DNA from: the human T2T-CHM13v2.0 reference genome, Homo sapiens
Assembly (NCBI GenBank): GCA_009914755.4
Contig: CP086569.2
Span: 8,384,001-8,448,000 of the forward strand
DNA length: 64,000 nt
Reading direction: 5' to 3'
The number at the start of each line of letters is the position of its first letter. Position 1 is the stretch's first letter. Made by a program: the position numbers and the translations under genes. A model generated the notes under the pieces. The model was not told the DNA's origin. It worked only from the letters and a program-made list of their open reading frames with translations, and searched no databases. Shown here piece by piece: positions 26,177 to 40,019 of the stretch.

Positions 26177-26207
<31 letters not shown>

Positions 26208-29171
26208 ATGCCACACACAAAAGCAGATATCCAACACTCACAACACTCCCAGACAAACACACAGTCCAGCTGCTTCTGAGGCTGCTTGTTTCTGCAGGAT
26301 GCCCCATTTGGGAGAGAGAAACCCCAGGGAATGGGGAGCACAGGCAGGCTTGTTCCTAAAAATCTCAGAGGGACAAATTTCAAAAAGGCTCACCCTTAAA
26401 ATGTCTATGTGCTTGCTCATGTCTGTCCTCTCATAGGATCACGAGACTATCACATGGATCCCACAGAGAAGACAGGCAAGAATTCATAGCCAACGAACCT
26501 CCACAAAGGTCTTTTTCTCCACCAATCCCAAGATGAGGAAGAAGTGCCCCATCATGACATGAAACACATGCTTGGCTGGGAACTGAATTTGAGGTAAATT
26601 CAGGGGCCCTGCAGACAGGACTGCTAGTGTCTCTTTCTTGGTTTACTGCAGGAAAATGAAACACTAAGAGATATCTGTTTGTTGGTATGGTGTGATCCTC
26701 TTCTTTCTAGAAATGTGTATTTTTTTTCCCAGGGTTGTTAACCTTGAAGCCAGCAGGTCTTGGCCAGCCTCCAATTTCACTGCAGATTCATGATCCACAG
26801 AAAAATAAAAAACATGGAGTCCAGCAGCCCAAGAAGAGGCACACAGAGAGGCCACCACAACTTTGGGAGACATAAAAAAAAAGAAGTGCTGCAATGCATT
26901 AGCCATATTTATTTAAGCAGACTCCACTTACCAGCACACACACACAAACACAAAATAGCACACACGCATGCATACATCCAACACTCACAACCCTCCCACT
27001 AAAACACACAGCCCAGTAGCTCCTGAGGCTGTGTGGTTTTGTAGGAAGCCCCATCTGAAAGACAGCAAGGAACAGAAGCAGGCTGTACCTAAAAATCACA
27101 GTAAGGCAAGTTTCAAAAAGACTCACACTTAAAACATCTAGGGAGGACTCAGGAATCCTGCAGATGCTTCTGGATCCTGAGGGGTTTCCCAGTTTATTCC
27201 TGGGCTCTGCTTGAGGTTTCTTCAGATTGGCTCAGGTCTGACCTCTCAGAGGATCACGCGACTAACTGATGAATCCCAAAGAGAAGACAGGTGAGAGTCC
27301 ACAGCCGATGAACCTCCACAAAGGTCTCCTCTGCCAAGCTGCAGGGACTTGTCGCTAGGCAATGGTGACATTCATTGTGATGCCAGCCAGAGCTAACAGT
27401 CAAGCCTGATGTTCTGAGGCTAGCTCATGGACATTCTTGAGGCAAGATCTTGTGCCCGGCCTTAAGAGCTGTCAGCCTGCCTAGGCAGAGGAAAATGATA
27501 CAGACAGAGCCAGCCAAGTTGGGAAAATGGATGCCTTTGAAAACCCATGGTGGACCTTAAAAGTATCAACCTCAGGGCCCATTCGGGCCATCTCCATATT
27601 TGGGTCACGCTGGAGGAGGAGGCATTTCAAGACAGTAAGATGGTCGCTGGAGACTGCTCTTCAAATTCCATTCCTAAATGAGAATGCGTGTATGCAAGAA
27701 TCCAGTATAATGGGGATTGGAATACAGTTGGCAAGTTTCAAAAAGCCTCACCCCTACAACGTCTAGGAAGGTTTGAGGAATTTTGCAGACCTTTTGGTAT
27801 CTTTAGGGATTTTGCAGTTTATTCCTGTGGCTCTGCTTGATGTTTCTTCTGTCTAGCTCACGTCTGTCCTCTCTTAGGATCATAGGACTATCTCGTGGAT
27901 CTCACAGAGAAAAGAGGTGAGAGTCTGCTGCTGACACACCTCCACAGAGGTCTCTTTCTCCACCAAGCCACAGGGACTTGTGGTTAGGCAAAGGTGACAT
28001 TCATTTTGAAGCTAGCCAGAGTTCACAATCAGGCCTGATGCCCTGAGACTATCATATGTGCATTTGTGAAGCAGACTGGGGTGCCAGACTATCAGCGTCC
28101 TCAGCCCACCTAATGGCACAGGCAGGGCTGGCCAGGTATCCAGAAAAAGGCTGCCTGTGAAAACCCACTGTGAGACCCTAAAAGTCTCGACCTCAAAGTT
28201 TCTTCTTGCCATCTGCATGGTTGGGTCCCACTGGAGGAAGAGGCATTTCCAGACTGTGAGTTAGTTGGTGGAAACTGTTCTTCTAACTTCATTCCCAAAA
28301 GAGGCTGTGTGCAAGAATCAAGTCACTTGGGTATTGGAATATACTCTGGTGTATTGTTGAGGGTTCTTTGGGGGAAAGAATCATACCTGAGACTCCAGAG
28401 GTCGGTGTCAGTGAAAGATGGCTGGACTCTAGATCTCAGTGCCTCCCTTCATCCTGGGCCTCACAGGGCTCTCTGGGACAGACAGGAACCATGACAAAGG
28501 AAAGTGCATGAAGCAGCAGTGTTCTTGCACCTTGGACCTTCCACTCATGGGTGCAGGTGAGGATCAGTCAGTGTCTCAGAGGCTGTCTGTGGTGATGGCA
28601 AGCCTGAAAAGGGTGTCTAGTACCACTATTTAGGGTCACTGTGGATTCCACCATGAAACAAAACAAAACAAAACAAAATTCATGGCTCACATGACAGAAT
28701 GAGCTCCCTCATGCTGAAGTTTAAGCAATGTTCAATGATTCTTGTCAGAGGGCCCAAAAGCCTCCTGCAAAGTGAAAAAACCTCAGTCCCCACAATGAGA
28801 CAATTACCCACAACCTGGAAGACAGTCAGTTTACCCGAAGTCCCTTTTGCTGTGTGAAGTCCTTGGCAGCTAAATAATTTGTGATGAGAGGCAGTCCCAT
28901 CCAGCAACGTCCAAATGAAGAGTCCCACACAATGAAAAGGTTATGCAGATGAAATAAAACTGAGGCTAGATTACCAAGCAAATCCAGACACAGCTGTCCG
29001 CTTCTCATCCTCCAGGAATCATGTGGCATTCCAATAGAAGTGGGAGAACAAGACTTTCCCTTTTGGTGGCAGTGATGGGAATTTACTGTTTTAAAAGTAC
29101 CAAAGCTGCAGTTATTAAAACATGAGAGTGTTTAGAATGAAACATTCATGCAACGGATTTCCATGAGGGTC
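25372..29171 (+). repeat. Array unit 12, about 3.8 kb, expanded by two nested local duplications of about 1.2 kb and about 0.6 kb.
   Basis: At about 26523 the mid-unit sequence ('...ggtctttttctccaccaatcccaag') is joined back to 'atgaggaagaagtgccccatcatgacatgaaacac...gaactgaatttgaggtaaattcagg'. This repeats the poly-T, (CA)n and 'caacactcacaac' blocks, with the second (CA)-block at about 26930-26960. At about 27736, 'gggattggaatacagttg' is joined to 'gcaagtttcaaaaagcctcacccctacaacgtctagg', an earlier block, for a second time. Confidence 0.8.
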
Positions 29172-31624
29172 ATTCTCCATGAACAGAGAACCATTTAGTG
29201 TGGAACTCGTTAAGCCAGACCCAGGAAACCCTAGGCTGATGAGGAACATAAAAGTCAAAAAAGAAAAGGCAAGTGTGGAGGCCACATCCTACCCAACATC
29301 AATCCATTACACTCCCCATTTTGCTCTGGGTATGAAAGCCCTCAAATCTGGAGTTGGCCAGGATGGTCTCAATTGGCACTCCGAATGTTTCTTGTCTATT
29401 GGAGTACTCTTATCTGAGCACCAGGCAATGGCGTTCACTGCTTGTGAAATATATGGAATGAGGGGATATATTTGGAAGCACCTTCTGTGTCATCTGTCTT
29501 CATGTTTTTTGCAGGTGAAGTTGTGGGACACCATCACCCCTCACCAGATTGTGTCCTCTCCCCATCTGACCCTATTGCTGTTCACACTCCATGTCCCAGG
29601 ACAAAATCACAAGATGATGGAGGTCTTCCCTCTCATGATATGAAGCACCTACTCAGCAGGGAACCAAATTTGAGGTAAATTCAATGGGCCCTTTGGACAG
29701 GACTACTAGTGTCTCCCCCTGGTTTGGCCAAAAGACAATGAAACTCTAGGAGATGCCTATTTTTTTTTTATGTGTTGTGCCCCTGTTCTATCAAGAAAAG
29801 ATGCTTTCTTGCAGGGGGAGGTGATTTGGATGCCAGCGTGTCTCTGCCCACCTCCCAATTCACTGCGGATTCATGATCCACAGCATAATAAAGAACATAG
29901 ATCTCTGCAGCCCAATCAGAGCCACCCAGACATACCACCAAAAGTGAGGAGACTAAAAAAAAATTCACTGAAGTGTGTTAGCCACCTTCTTTTAAGCAGA
30001 CTCCACACACAATGCACACACACATACACACATAATGTCACACACAAAAACACAGAAATCTGATACTCACAATACTTACACAGAAACACACAGCCCAGCA
30101 GCTCCTGAGGTTGCATGGTTTTGTAGGAAGCTCTGCCTGGGAGAGAGAAACACCAGCTGGACTATACCTAGAAATCACAGTAGGGCTAGTTTCAAAAAGA
30201 CTCACCCCTATGTCTAGTCAGGACTGAGGAATCCTGCAGATCTTTTCAGATCCTCAGGGATTTCATGGTTTATTCCTGGGGCTGTGCTTGATGTTTCTTC
30301 AGACTGGCTCATGTCTGCCCTCACCTTGGATCATGGGACTATGTGGTTGATTCCACAGAGAAGACAGGTGACAGTCCACCACCTACACACCTCCACAGAG
30401 GTATCTTTCTCCACCAAGCTTCAGAGACTTTTTGCTTGGCAATGGTGACATTCATTGGGAAGTTAACCAGAGCTCACAATCATGCCTGGTGCTTTTAGAC
30501 TACTGCCTGCACATTCCTGCAGCAGGCTTAGATGCCCAGATGTCAGAGCTCTCAATCAGCTTAAACAGAAGTAAATTGTACACGCAGAGCTGGCCAGGTA
30601 TTGGGAAAAAGAATGCATGTGAAAACCCACTTTGGGACTGTAAAAGTCTAGACCTCAGGGTCCCTTCAAGGCATCTCCATGGACAGGTACCGCTGGAGGA
30701 AGAGGTGTTTTAAGACTGTGAGGTGGTCACTGGAAACTGATCTTCTGGCTCCATTCCAGAAAGAGGCTGTGTGCAAGAATCGGGTCCCATGGGGTTTGGA
30801 ATATTGTCTGGTGTATTGTTGAGGGTTCATAGGGTGATGGAATCATACCTGAGACCCCCAAGTTTGGTGTCAATGAATGATGGCCAGGCTCTTGACCTCA
30901 CCACCTCCCTTCATCCTGGGCCTTGCAGGGGTTGTCCCCAAAAGGCAGGAACCATGACAAAGGCAAGTCCAAGGTGGTGCAGTGTCCTGACACCTCTGTC
31001 TGGCCTCTCATGGTTGCAGGTGAAGTTAAGAGAGTATCTCAGAGGCTATCTGTGCTGATGGCAAGCCTGAAAATGGTGTCAGGTAGTGCTGTGGAGGGGC
31101 ATTGTGGATTCCCCATGAAAGCAAAGAAAAATCAAAGCTCACCTGAGAACAAGCTGCCTTGTGCTGAAGTTTAAGCAATGTTCAATGATCCTTCTCAGAG
31201 GACTCAAAAGCCCCAGTCAAAGTGCAAACGATGTCAGCCCCCACAATGAGAAAATGACCCACAATCTGAAGACCAGCCAACCTACCTGAAGTCCCTTTTG
31301 CTCTTCAAAATTCCTGACAGCTACTTAATCTGTAGCAAGAGGCAGTCTCATCCAGCAACAGCCCAAATGAAAGAGCCCTCCCACTATGAGAAGGCCCTGC
31401 AGCTAGAATGAAGCTGAGTCTGGATTATCAAGCATAAGCCAGACATGGTGGCCTGCTTCTCATCCTACAGGAATCATGTAGACCTCCGACAGAAGTGGGA
31501 GAAAAAGAGTTTCCTTGTTGGTGCCTGTCACTGGAATTTACAGTTTTAAAAGTATCAAATCTGCCCAGTGATTAAAACGTGAATGTTTAGAAGGAAAATA
31601 TGCAAAGGATTCCCATGAGGGTCT
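29172..31624 (+). repeat. Array unit 13, about 2.45 kb.
   Basis: Bounded by anchor motifs with canonical landmark order. It hosts the longest array ORF, 154 aa at 29179-29643, which is not conserved in other units. Confidence 0.9.
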
Positions 31625-34024
31625 TTCTCTGTGAATGTTTAGTGTGGAAGTCTTTGAGCCAGATCCAGGGATCCTTAAGCCAAGTAGTAACATGGAACTC
31701 AGGAAAACAAGAGGCATGCATGGAGGCCACATCCCACCCAGCATCAATATATTCAACTTCCATTTGACTCTGGGCATGAAAGCCCTCAAATCAGGAGCTT
31801 GCCGGCATGGCTCCTATTTGCACTCCAAATGTTCCTTGCACGTTGGAGTACTCTGACCTGAATACAGTACTCTGACCTGTTTATTGCAGTTGAAGTCGGG
31901 GCACCCCATCCTGCCCTCATCAGATTGTATCATTACCCCTTTCTGACCTAATTGCTGCTCATACTCTATGTCTCAGGATGAAATCCCAAGACCTTGGAAG
32001 GGTATCCCTTGAAATGTGAATCACCTGCTCTGCTGGGAACCAAATCTGAGGTAAATTCATGGGCCCTGCAGACAGGACTGCAGGGGCTCTCCCTGGTTTG
32101 GCTGCAGGACAATGAAACAATAGAAGATAACTTTTTTTTTTTTTTTTGGTGTGGTGTCCTCTTCTTCTTTCTAGAAGAGTGGCCTATTCTGTAGGAGGAA
32201 GTGATTTGGACACTGTCCGTGTCTTGGCACATATCCCAATTCACTGTTGCTTCATGATCCATAAAAGAATAAAGAACATGGAGCCCCACAGCCCAAGCAG
32301 AGCCACACAGACATGCCACCAAAAAGACTTGGCAACTGAAAAAAAAAAGAAGTGCTGAAGTGCATTAGCCACATTCCTTTGGGCAGACTCCACTTACAGG
32401 CACACACACAAACACACACACACACAATGCCACACACACACCCTGACATCCAACTTGCAACACTCCCACAGAAACAAACAGCCAGCCAGCTTCTGAGGCT
32501 GTGCGGTTTTGCAGGAAGCCTCTCATTGGAGAGAGCAACCTCAGGGAACACAGGTGGGCTGCACGTAGACATCACAGTGGGGCAAGTTTAAAAAAGACTC
32601 ACCCCTAAAACGTCAAGGCAGAACAGAGCCATCCTGCAGGTCCCTTTGGATCTTTATGGTTTTTGTCGTTTATTTCTGACGCTGTGCTTGACACTTCCTC
32701 AGGCAGGCTCACGTCTGCCCTCTCCTAGGATCATGAGACTATCCTGCATATCCCACAGATAATACAGGCAAGAGTCTGCAGCTGAAGTGGCTTCAAAGAG
32801 GTCTCCTTCTCTGCCAAACAGCAGGGACTAGTTATTAGGCAACACTGACATTCATTGTGAGGCTAATCAGAGCTCACAATCAGGCCTAGTGCCCTGAAAC
32901 TAGTGCATGCACATTCCTGAGGAAGGCTCAGGTGCCCCTTTGTCAGAGCTGTCAGCCTGCCTAAGCAGAAGAAAATGATACAGACAGAGCTGGCCTAGTA
33001 TTGGGAGAAAATGATGAATGTGAAAATCCACTGTGGGAACCTAAAAGTCTCCACTTCAGGGCTCCTTTGGGCCATCTTCGTGGTCATGTTCCACTGGAGG
33101 AGAAGGCATTTCGAGACTATGAGCTGGTCGATGGAAACTGCCCTTTTAACTCCTTTCGTGAAAGAGGCTGTGTGCAACAGCCCGGTCCCATGGGGATTGG
33201 AATACCGTCTGCTGTGTTCCTGAGAGATCTTTGGGTAATAGAATCATACCTGAGAACCCAGATGTGGGTGTCAGTGAAAGATGCCTGAGCTACTCACCTT
33301 ACTCCCTCCCTTCATCTGGAGCCTCCCAGAAGCTCTCTGGGAAAGGGAGTAACCATGACAAAGGCAAGTCCAAGATGGAGCAGTGTTCTCACACCTCCAG
33401 CTGGCCTCTCACGGGTACAAATGAGGTAGAGACAGTATCTCAGTGTCTTGTCTGTGGTGATGGCAAGCCTGAAATGGGCATCCAGTAGTGCTGTTGAGGG
33501 GCACTTTGCTTCCCCATGAAAGCAAAGAAAAATCAAGGTTTGCCAGAGAGTACGAGCTGCTTTGTGCTGGAGTTCAAGCAATGTTTAATGATTCCTATCA
33601 GAGGACCCAAAAGCCTCCTGAAAAGTGCAAACAACCTCAGCCCCCATAATGAGACAACCACCTGCAACCCAAAGTGCAGCCAGCCTACACAAAGTCCCTT
33701 TTTCTCTCTGAAATCCGTGGCAGCTAAATAATCTATGGTGAGAAGGAGTCCCATCCAGCAACAGACCTATTAAAGAGCCACTCCACTGTGAGGAGCCCAT
33801 GCAGATGAAATTAAACAGAGGCCAGATTACCAGGCAAAGGCCAGTCATGGCTGCCTGCTTCTCATCTTACAGGAACCATGCAGCCCTCTGATAGAAGTGG
33901 GAGAACAAGAGTTTCCTTGTTGGTGCCTGTAATTGGAATTTACAGTTTTAAAACTATCAAAGCTGCCAGTCATTAAAATATTGCAGTGTTTAGAAGGAAA
34001 CTCTCAGGTAATGAATTCCCATGA
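31625..34024 (+). repeat. Array unit 14, about 2.40 kb.
   Basis: Bounded by anchor-type motifs. The (CA)n-like tract is at about 32400-32440. Confidence 0.9.
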
Positions 34025-35034
34025 AGGTTGTTCTTTGTGAACTGGGAAACGTTTTGTGTGGAAGTCATTGACCCAGACCCAGGAAACCCTCGGCTGATGA
34101 GGAACATGGAAATCAGAAAAGCAAGAGGCAATCATGGAGGCTCATCTTACCCAGCATCCATCCATTTCACTCCCATTTGGCTCCAGGTATGAAAGCACTC
34201 AAATCAGGAGTTTGCCAGCATGGCCCCCATTTGTACTTCAAAATGTTCCTTGTACATTGGAGTACTTTCATCTGAAAACTGGGCCATGGTGTGGACAGCT
34301 TGTGCAATTAAGGGAATGTGGAAGCACCTGCTGTGTCATCTGTCTTCACTTTTTTTGCAGGTGAAGTTGTGGGACCCAATACACTTCTCAGCAGATTGTG
34401 TCCTCACTCCTATCTGACCTTCTTGCTGGTCACACTCTATCTCCCAGGATAAAAACAAAAGATGAGGGAGGAGTGCCCCCTCATGACATGCAGCACATGC
34501 TTGCCTGGGACCTAAATTTGAGAAAAATTCAAGGGGCCCTACAGACAGGACTTCTATTTTCTCTTAGTTGCCTGCAGACAATGAAACACTCAGAAATGTC
34601 TGCTCTTTGGTGTGCTGTGATCCTCTTTTTTTCTAGAAGGGTGGCTTTTTTGCCACTTCTAGAAGCGACAACGTGTGTTAGACAATTCCTTTAAACTGAC
34701 TCCACTGATAGGCACATACAAACACCCACACAATGCATAAGGCAGTCCCTTCCAGCAACAACCCAATGATAGAGAACGTCCAAAATGATAAGGCCACACA
34801 GATGAAATGAAACTGAATCTAGATTACCAAGCAAAAGACAGACATGGCTGCCTGCTTCTCATCCCACAGGAAACATGTAGCCCCCTGATAGAAGTAGAAG
34901 AACAAGAGTTTCTTTGTTGGCAGCTGCAAGGGGAATTTACACTTTTAAATGTATCAAAGCTGCCCAATCATTAAAATGTGATAACTTTTAGAAGGAAACA
35001 CTCACACAATGGATTCCCGTAAGGGTCATACTGT
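34025..35034 (+). repeat. Array unit 15, about 1.01 kb, with about 1.5 kb of the middle deleted.
   Basis: After the poly-T tract at about 34625 and a remnant of the (CA)-block, 'cacatacaaacacccacacaatgcataaggcagtcccttccagcaacaacccaatgatagag' is joined directly to the late block normally found about 350 bp before the unit end. Confidence 0.85.
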
Positions 35035-37519
35035 GTGAACTGATAAACATTTAGTGTGCAAGTTGGAGTCAGACACAGGAAACCATAGGCTGAGGAGGAA
35101 CATGGAAGTCAGTAAAAAATGAGGGAGGTGTGGAGGCCACATGCCACCCAGCATCAATAATTCCACTCCCATTTTGCTCCAGGTATGAAAGCACTCATAT
35201 CAGGAGTTTGACAGGATGGCCCCAATTTGCACTCTAAATGTTTCTTACATGTTGAAATACTCCCAATTGTTCACTGGGTCATGGTGTGGTCTGCTTGTGC
35301 AATTAAGGGAATGCTGGGTTGGAGTTGGAAGCACTTTCTGTGTCATCAGTTTTCTCTCTCTTTTTTTTTTTTTTTTTTTTTTTTTTGCTGGTGAACTTGC
35401 AGAACCCCATCCACCCCTCAGCAGACTGTATCCTCACCCCAATCTGACCTTATTGCAGCTCATACCCTATGTCCCAGAATGAAATCACAAGACTATGGAG
35501 GAATCCCCCTCATGACATGAAACTACTGCTTGGCAGTGAGCAGAATTCGAGGTAAATTCAACAGGCCCTGTAGACAGGACTGTTAGTGTCTCTCCCTAGT
35601 TTGGCTGCAGGACAATGAAACACTGGGAGATGCCTGTTTTCTGGTGTGGTGTACTTCACTTCTTTCTGGAAGAACAGCTGTTTTTACAGGGGGAGGGGAT
35701 TTGGATGCCAGCAGGTCTCGGCCTACCTCCCTATTCACTGCAGACTAATGATCCACAGGAAAGTAAAGAACACGGAGCCCCACAGCTGAAGCAAAGTCAC
35801 ACAGACAGGCTGCAAAAAGGTTGGGTGACTCAAAGAAAACAAACAAACAAACAAAAAAAAAACAGAAGCGCCGAACTACATTAGCCACATTCCTTTAAGC
35901 AGGCTCCAGTTACAGGCAAACACGTACACACCACACACACTTAAACACACACACACAGACATCCAGCACTCACAACACTGCCACAGAAACACACAGCCTG
36001 GGAGCTCGTGAGTTTGCTTAGTTCTGCAGGAAGACCCACCTGGGAAAAAACAGTCCTGGGGAAGACAGGCAGGCAGTACCTAGAAATCACAGTGAGGCAA
36101 GTTTCAAAATGACTCACCCCTGCAAAATCTAGGCAGACGTGAAGAATAATTCAGATCTTTTTGAACATTCGGGACTTTGCAATTTATTCCTGGGCTCTGC
36201 TTGAGGTTTCTTCAGGCTGGCTTATGCCTGCCTTCTCCTAGTATTATGAAACTATCCCATGAATTTCACAGAGAAGACAGGCAAGTGTCCACCACTGAAG
36301 CATATCCACGGAGGCCTCTTTCTTCTGCAAGCCTCAGAGAAGTGTCGCTAGGCAACAGTGATATTCACTGTGACATTAGCCAAAGCTCACAATCAGGCCT
36401 GGTGCCCTGAGACTAGTTCATGCACATTCGTGAAGCAGGCTCAGACACCCAGCAGAGGAAAATCGTACTGGTAGAGCCAGCCTGGTATCAGGAAAAAGGC
36501 TGCCTGCAAAAACCGACCTTGGGATCATAAAAATCTCGACCTCAGGGCCCCTTTGGGGCATCTCCGTGGTTGGGCCCAGCTGGAGGAAGAGGCATTTCTA
36601 GAATGACAGATGGTCACTGGAAACTGCTCTTTTTGGCTCCATTCCAGCAAGAGGCTGTGTGCTAGTTATGGGGCCCACAGGCATTGGAATATATTCTGGT
36701 GTGTTGTTGAGGGTTCTTTGGGTGATAGAATCACACCTGAGACCCCAGAGGCAGGTGCCAGTGAAAGATGGCCAATCTCTGTACCTCACCGCCTCCCTTC
36801 ATCCTGGGACTCACAGGAGCTCACTGGAATAGGCAGGAATCCCAATAAAGGCAACTGCAAGGTGGAACAGTGTCCTCACACCTCAGAATGGCCTCTCATG
36901 GGTGCAGATGAAGCTGAGACAGTGTCTCAGAAGCCATCGGTGGCAATGGCAAGCCAGAAAAGTGTGTCCAATAGTGCTGTTTAGAGACACTGTGGATTCC
37001 TCCTGAATGCAAAAAATAAATAAGTAAAGGCTCTCCTGAGAAAACGAGCTGCCTTATGCTGGATTTTAAGTATTATTCAATGATTCCTGTCAGAGGACGC
37101 AAAAGCCTCCTGCAAAGTGCAAACAACCTCAGCCACCACAATGAGACAATGACCCACAACCTGGAGCACAGCCAGCCAACCCAAAGTCCCTTTTGCTCTC
37201 TGATATCTGTGACAGCTATATAATCTGTGGCACACTGCAGTCCCATCCAGCACCAGCCCAGTGAAAGTGCCCCTCAACTATAAGAAGACCATGCAGATGA
37301 AATGAAACAGAGGCTAGGCTGTCAGGCAAAAGCTAGACAGTGCTGCCTGCTTCCCATTCTACAGGAATCATGCAGCCCTCCGATAGAAGTGGGGAAATAA
37401 GTATTTCCTTAATGGCACCTGTAATGGGAATTTACTATTTTAAAAGTATCAAAGCTGCCCAGTCATTAAAATGTGAGTGTTTAGAAGGAAACATTCATGC
37501 AATGGATTCCCATGAGGAG
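35035..37519 (+). repeat. Array unit 16, about 2.49 kb.
   Basis: Bounded by anchor motifs. It carries a long poly-T of about 26 nt at about 35361-35386. Confidence 0.9.
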
Positions 37520-38354
37520 CATTCTTTGTGAACTGGGTAATGTTTAGTATGGAAGTCATTAAGTCAGAGCCAGGTAACCCTAAGCTGACTAGTAACATGT
37601 AAGTCAGGAAAGAAGAGTCATGTGTGGAGGCCACATCCCACCTAGTATCAATGCATTCAACTTCCATTTGGCTCCAGGTATGAAAGCCCTCAAATTGGGA
37701 TTTAGCCAGCATGGCCCCTATTTGCACTCCAAATGTCCTTTGCAAGTTGGAGTACCCCCACCTGGACACGAGGCCATGGTGTGGACTGCTAGTGCAATTA
37801 ACGGAATGAGGAGATGGAGTTGGAAACTCTTCTGTCATCTGTCTTCATTTTTATTGCAGTTGAAGTTTCATGACCCCGTCCACCCCTCACCAGATTGTAT
37901 CCTTACCCATTTTTGACCTCATTGCTGCTCAAACTCTGTGTCCGAAGAGGAAATCCCAAGATGTTGGAGGAGTTTTCTTTATGATGTGAATCACCTGCTC
38001 ATCTGGGAAATGAATTCCATGTAAATTCAAGGGGACCTGAGGAGAGGACTGCAGGGACTCTCCCTGGTTTGGCCACAGAACACTGAAACACTAGGAGATG
38101 CCTGTTTTTTGGTGTGGTGTGCTCCTCTTCTTTCTAGAAGAGTGCCTTTTCTTGCAGGGTGGTGTTGATTTGGAAGCTGTCATCTCTTGGCACATCTCCC
38201 AATTCATTGTGGCTTCATAATCCACAGAAAAATAAAGAACACAGGATCCCACAGCCCAAGCAGATCCACACAGACACACCACCAACAGACTTGGAGACTC
38301 AAAAAAAGAAGTGCTGAAGTGCATTAGCCAAATTCCTGTAAGCAGACTCCACTT

Positions 38355-38406
<52 letters not shown>

Positions 38407-40019
38407 TTGAACACCCATGCAGCCATCCAACATTCACAACATTCCCACAGAAACACAGGCTGGCAGATCCTCAGGTGGTATGGTTTTGCAGAAGTCCCAT
38501 ATTGGAGACAGCAACCCTGAAGAACACAGGTGGGCTGTACCCATATATCGCAGTTGGGCCAGTTCTGAAAAGACCCACCCCTACAACATCTAGGCAGGAC
38601 TGAGGAATCCTACAGATCCCTTTGGATCCTTAAGGTTTTTGTGGATTATTCCTGGGGCTGTGCTTGATGTTTCTTCATGCTAGCTCACCTCTGCCTTCTA
38701 CTTGAATCATGGGACTATCCTGTGTAACACAGAGAGAAGACAGGTGAAAGTCCACTGCCGAAGCACCTTCAAGGACGTCTCCTTATCTGCCAAGCCACAG
38801 GAACTTGTCCCTAGGCAATGGCGATATTCACTGTGAGGCTAGCCAGAGCTCACAATCAGGCCTGGTACCCTGGGACAGGCATATGCACATTCATGAGGCA
38901 GGCTCAGGTGTCCATCTGCAGGAGCTGTCAACCTGCCTAAACAGAAGAAAATTGTACAGGCAGAGCCAGTCTGGTTTCAGGAATTATGATACCTGCAAAA
39001 AACCACTGTGGGACCTTAAAGTCTCCACTTTAGGGCCCCTTCAGCTTGTCTCCGTGGTCAGGTTCCACTGGAGGATAAGGCATTTTCAGACTGTGTGGTG
39101 GTCGATGGAAACAGCTCTTGTGAGTCCATTAACAAAAGAGGCTGTGTGCAAGAATCAGGTCCTATGGGGTCTAGAATACAGTCTCGTGTGTTCTTGAGGG
39201 ATCTTTGGATGATTGATAGGTTCATACCTGAGACCCCAGAGGTGGGTGTCAGCAAAAGATGGCCAGGATCCTCACCCCACTGCTACCCTTCATCAGGGGC
39301 CTCACAGGGGCTCTCTGAAAAAGGCAGGAACCATGACAAAGGCAAGTCCAAGGTGGAGCAGTGTTGTCACTCCTCAGACTTGCCTCTCATGGGTGCAGAT
39401 GAGGTTGATACACTGTCTCAGAGGCTGTCTGTGGTGAGAGCAAGCCTGAAAAGTGTATCCAGTAGTGCTGTTGAGGAGCACTGTGGATTCCCCTTGAAAG
39501 AAAAGAAAAATGAAAAAATTAAGGCTGCCCTGAGAGAATAAGTTGCCTTGTGCTGGAGTCCAAGCAATGTTCAATGATTCCTGTCAGAGGAACCAAAACC
39601 TTCCTGCAAAGTGCAAATAATATCAGCCCCTACAATGAAACAACAAACCACAACCTGGAGCACAGCCAGCATACACAAAGTCCCTTTTGCTGTCTGAAAT
39701 CCGTAGCAGCTAAATAATCTGTGGTGACAGGCAGCACCATCCAGCAACACACCAATGAAAGAACCCCTCCACTATGAGAAGGCCATGCAGATGAAATGAA
39801 ACAAAGGTTAGATTACCAGGCAGAAGCCAGACATGGCTGCCTGCTTCTCATCCTATAGGAACCATGCAGCCCTCTGATATAAGTGAGAGAACAACAGTTT
39901 CCTTGTTGGTGACTGTAACAGGAATTTACAATTTTAAAAATACCAAAGCTGCCCAGTCATTAAAATGTGACAGTGTTTAGAAGGAAACTCACACAATGGA
40001 TTCCCATGAGGGTCATTTT
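37520..40019 (+). repeat. Array unit 17, about 2.50 kb.
   Basis: Bounded by anchor motifs. It carries the longest (AC)n tract in the array, about 21 repeats at about 38362-38402. Confidence 0.9.
38362..38402. repeat. (AC)n microsatellite of about 21 repeats. It is an example of the (CA)n tract present at the equivalent position in essentially every array unit.
   Basis: Seen directly as 'acacacac...' . Equivalent tracts lie at about 4228-4248, 10855-10900, 22975-23008, 26172-26200, 32398-32440 and 40862-40880, among others. Confidence 0.9.
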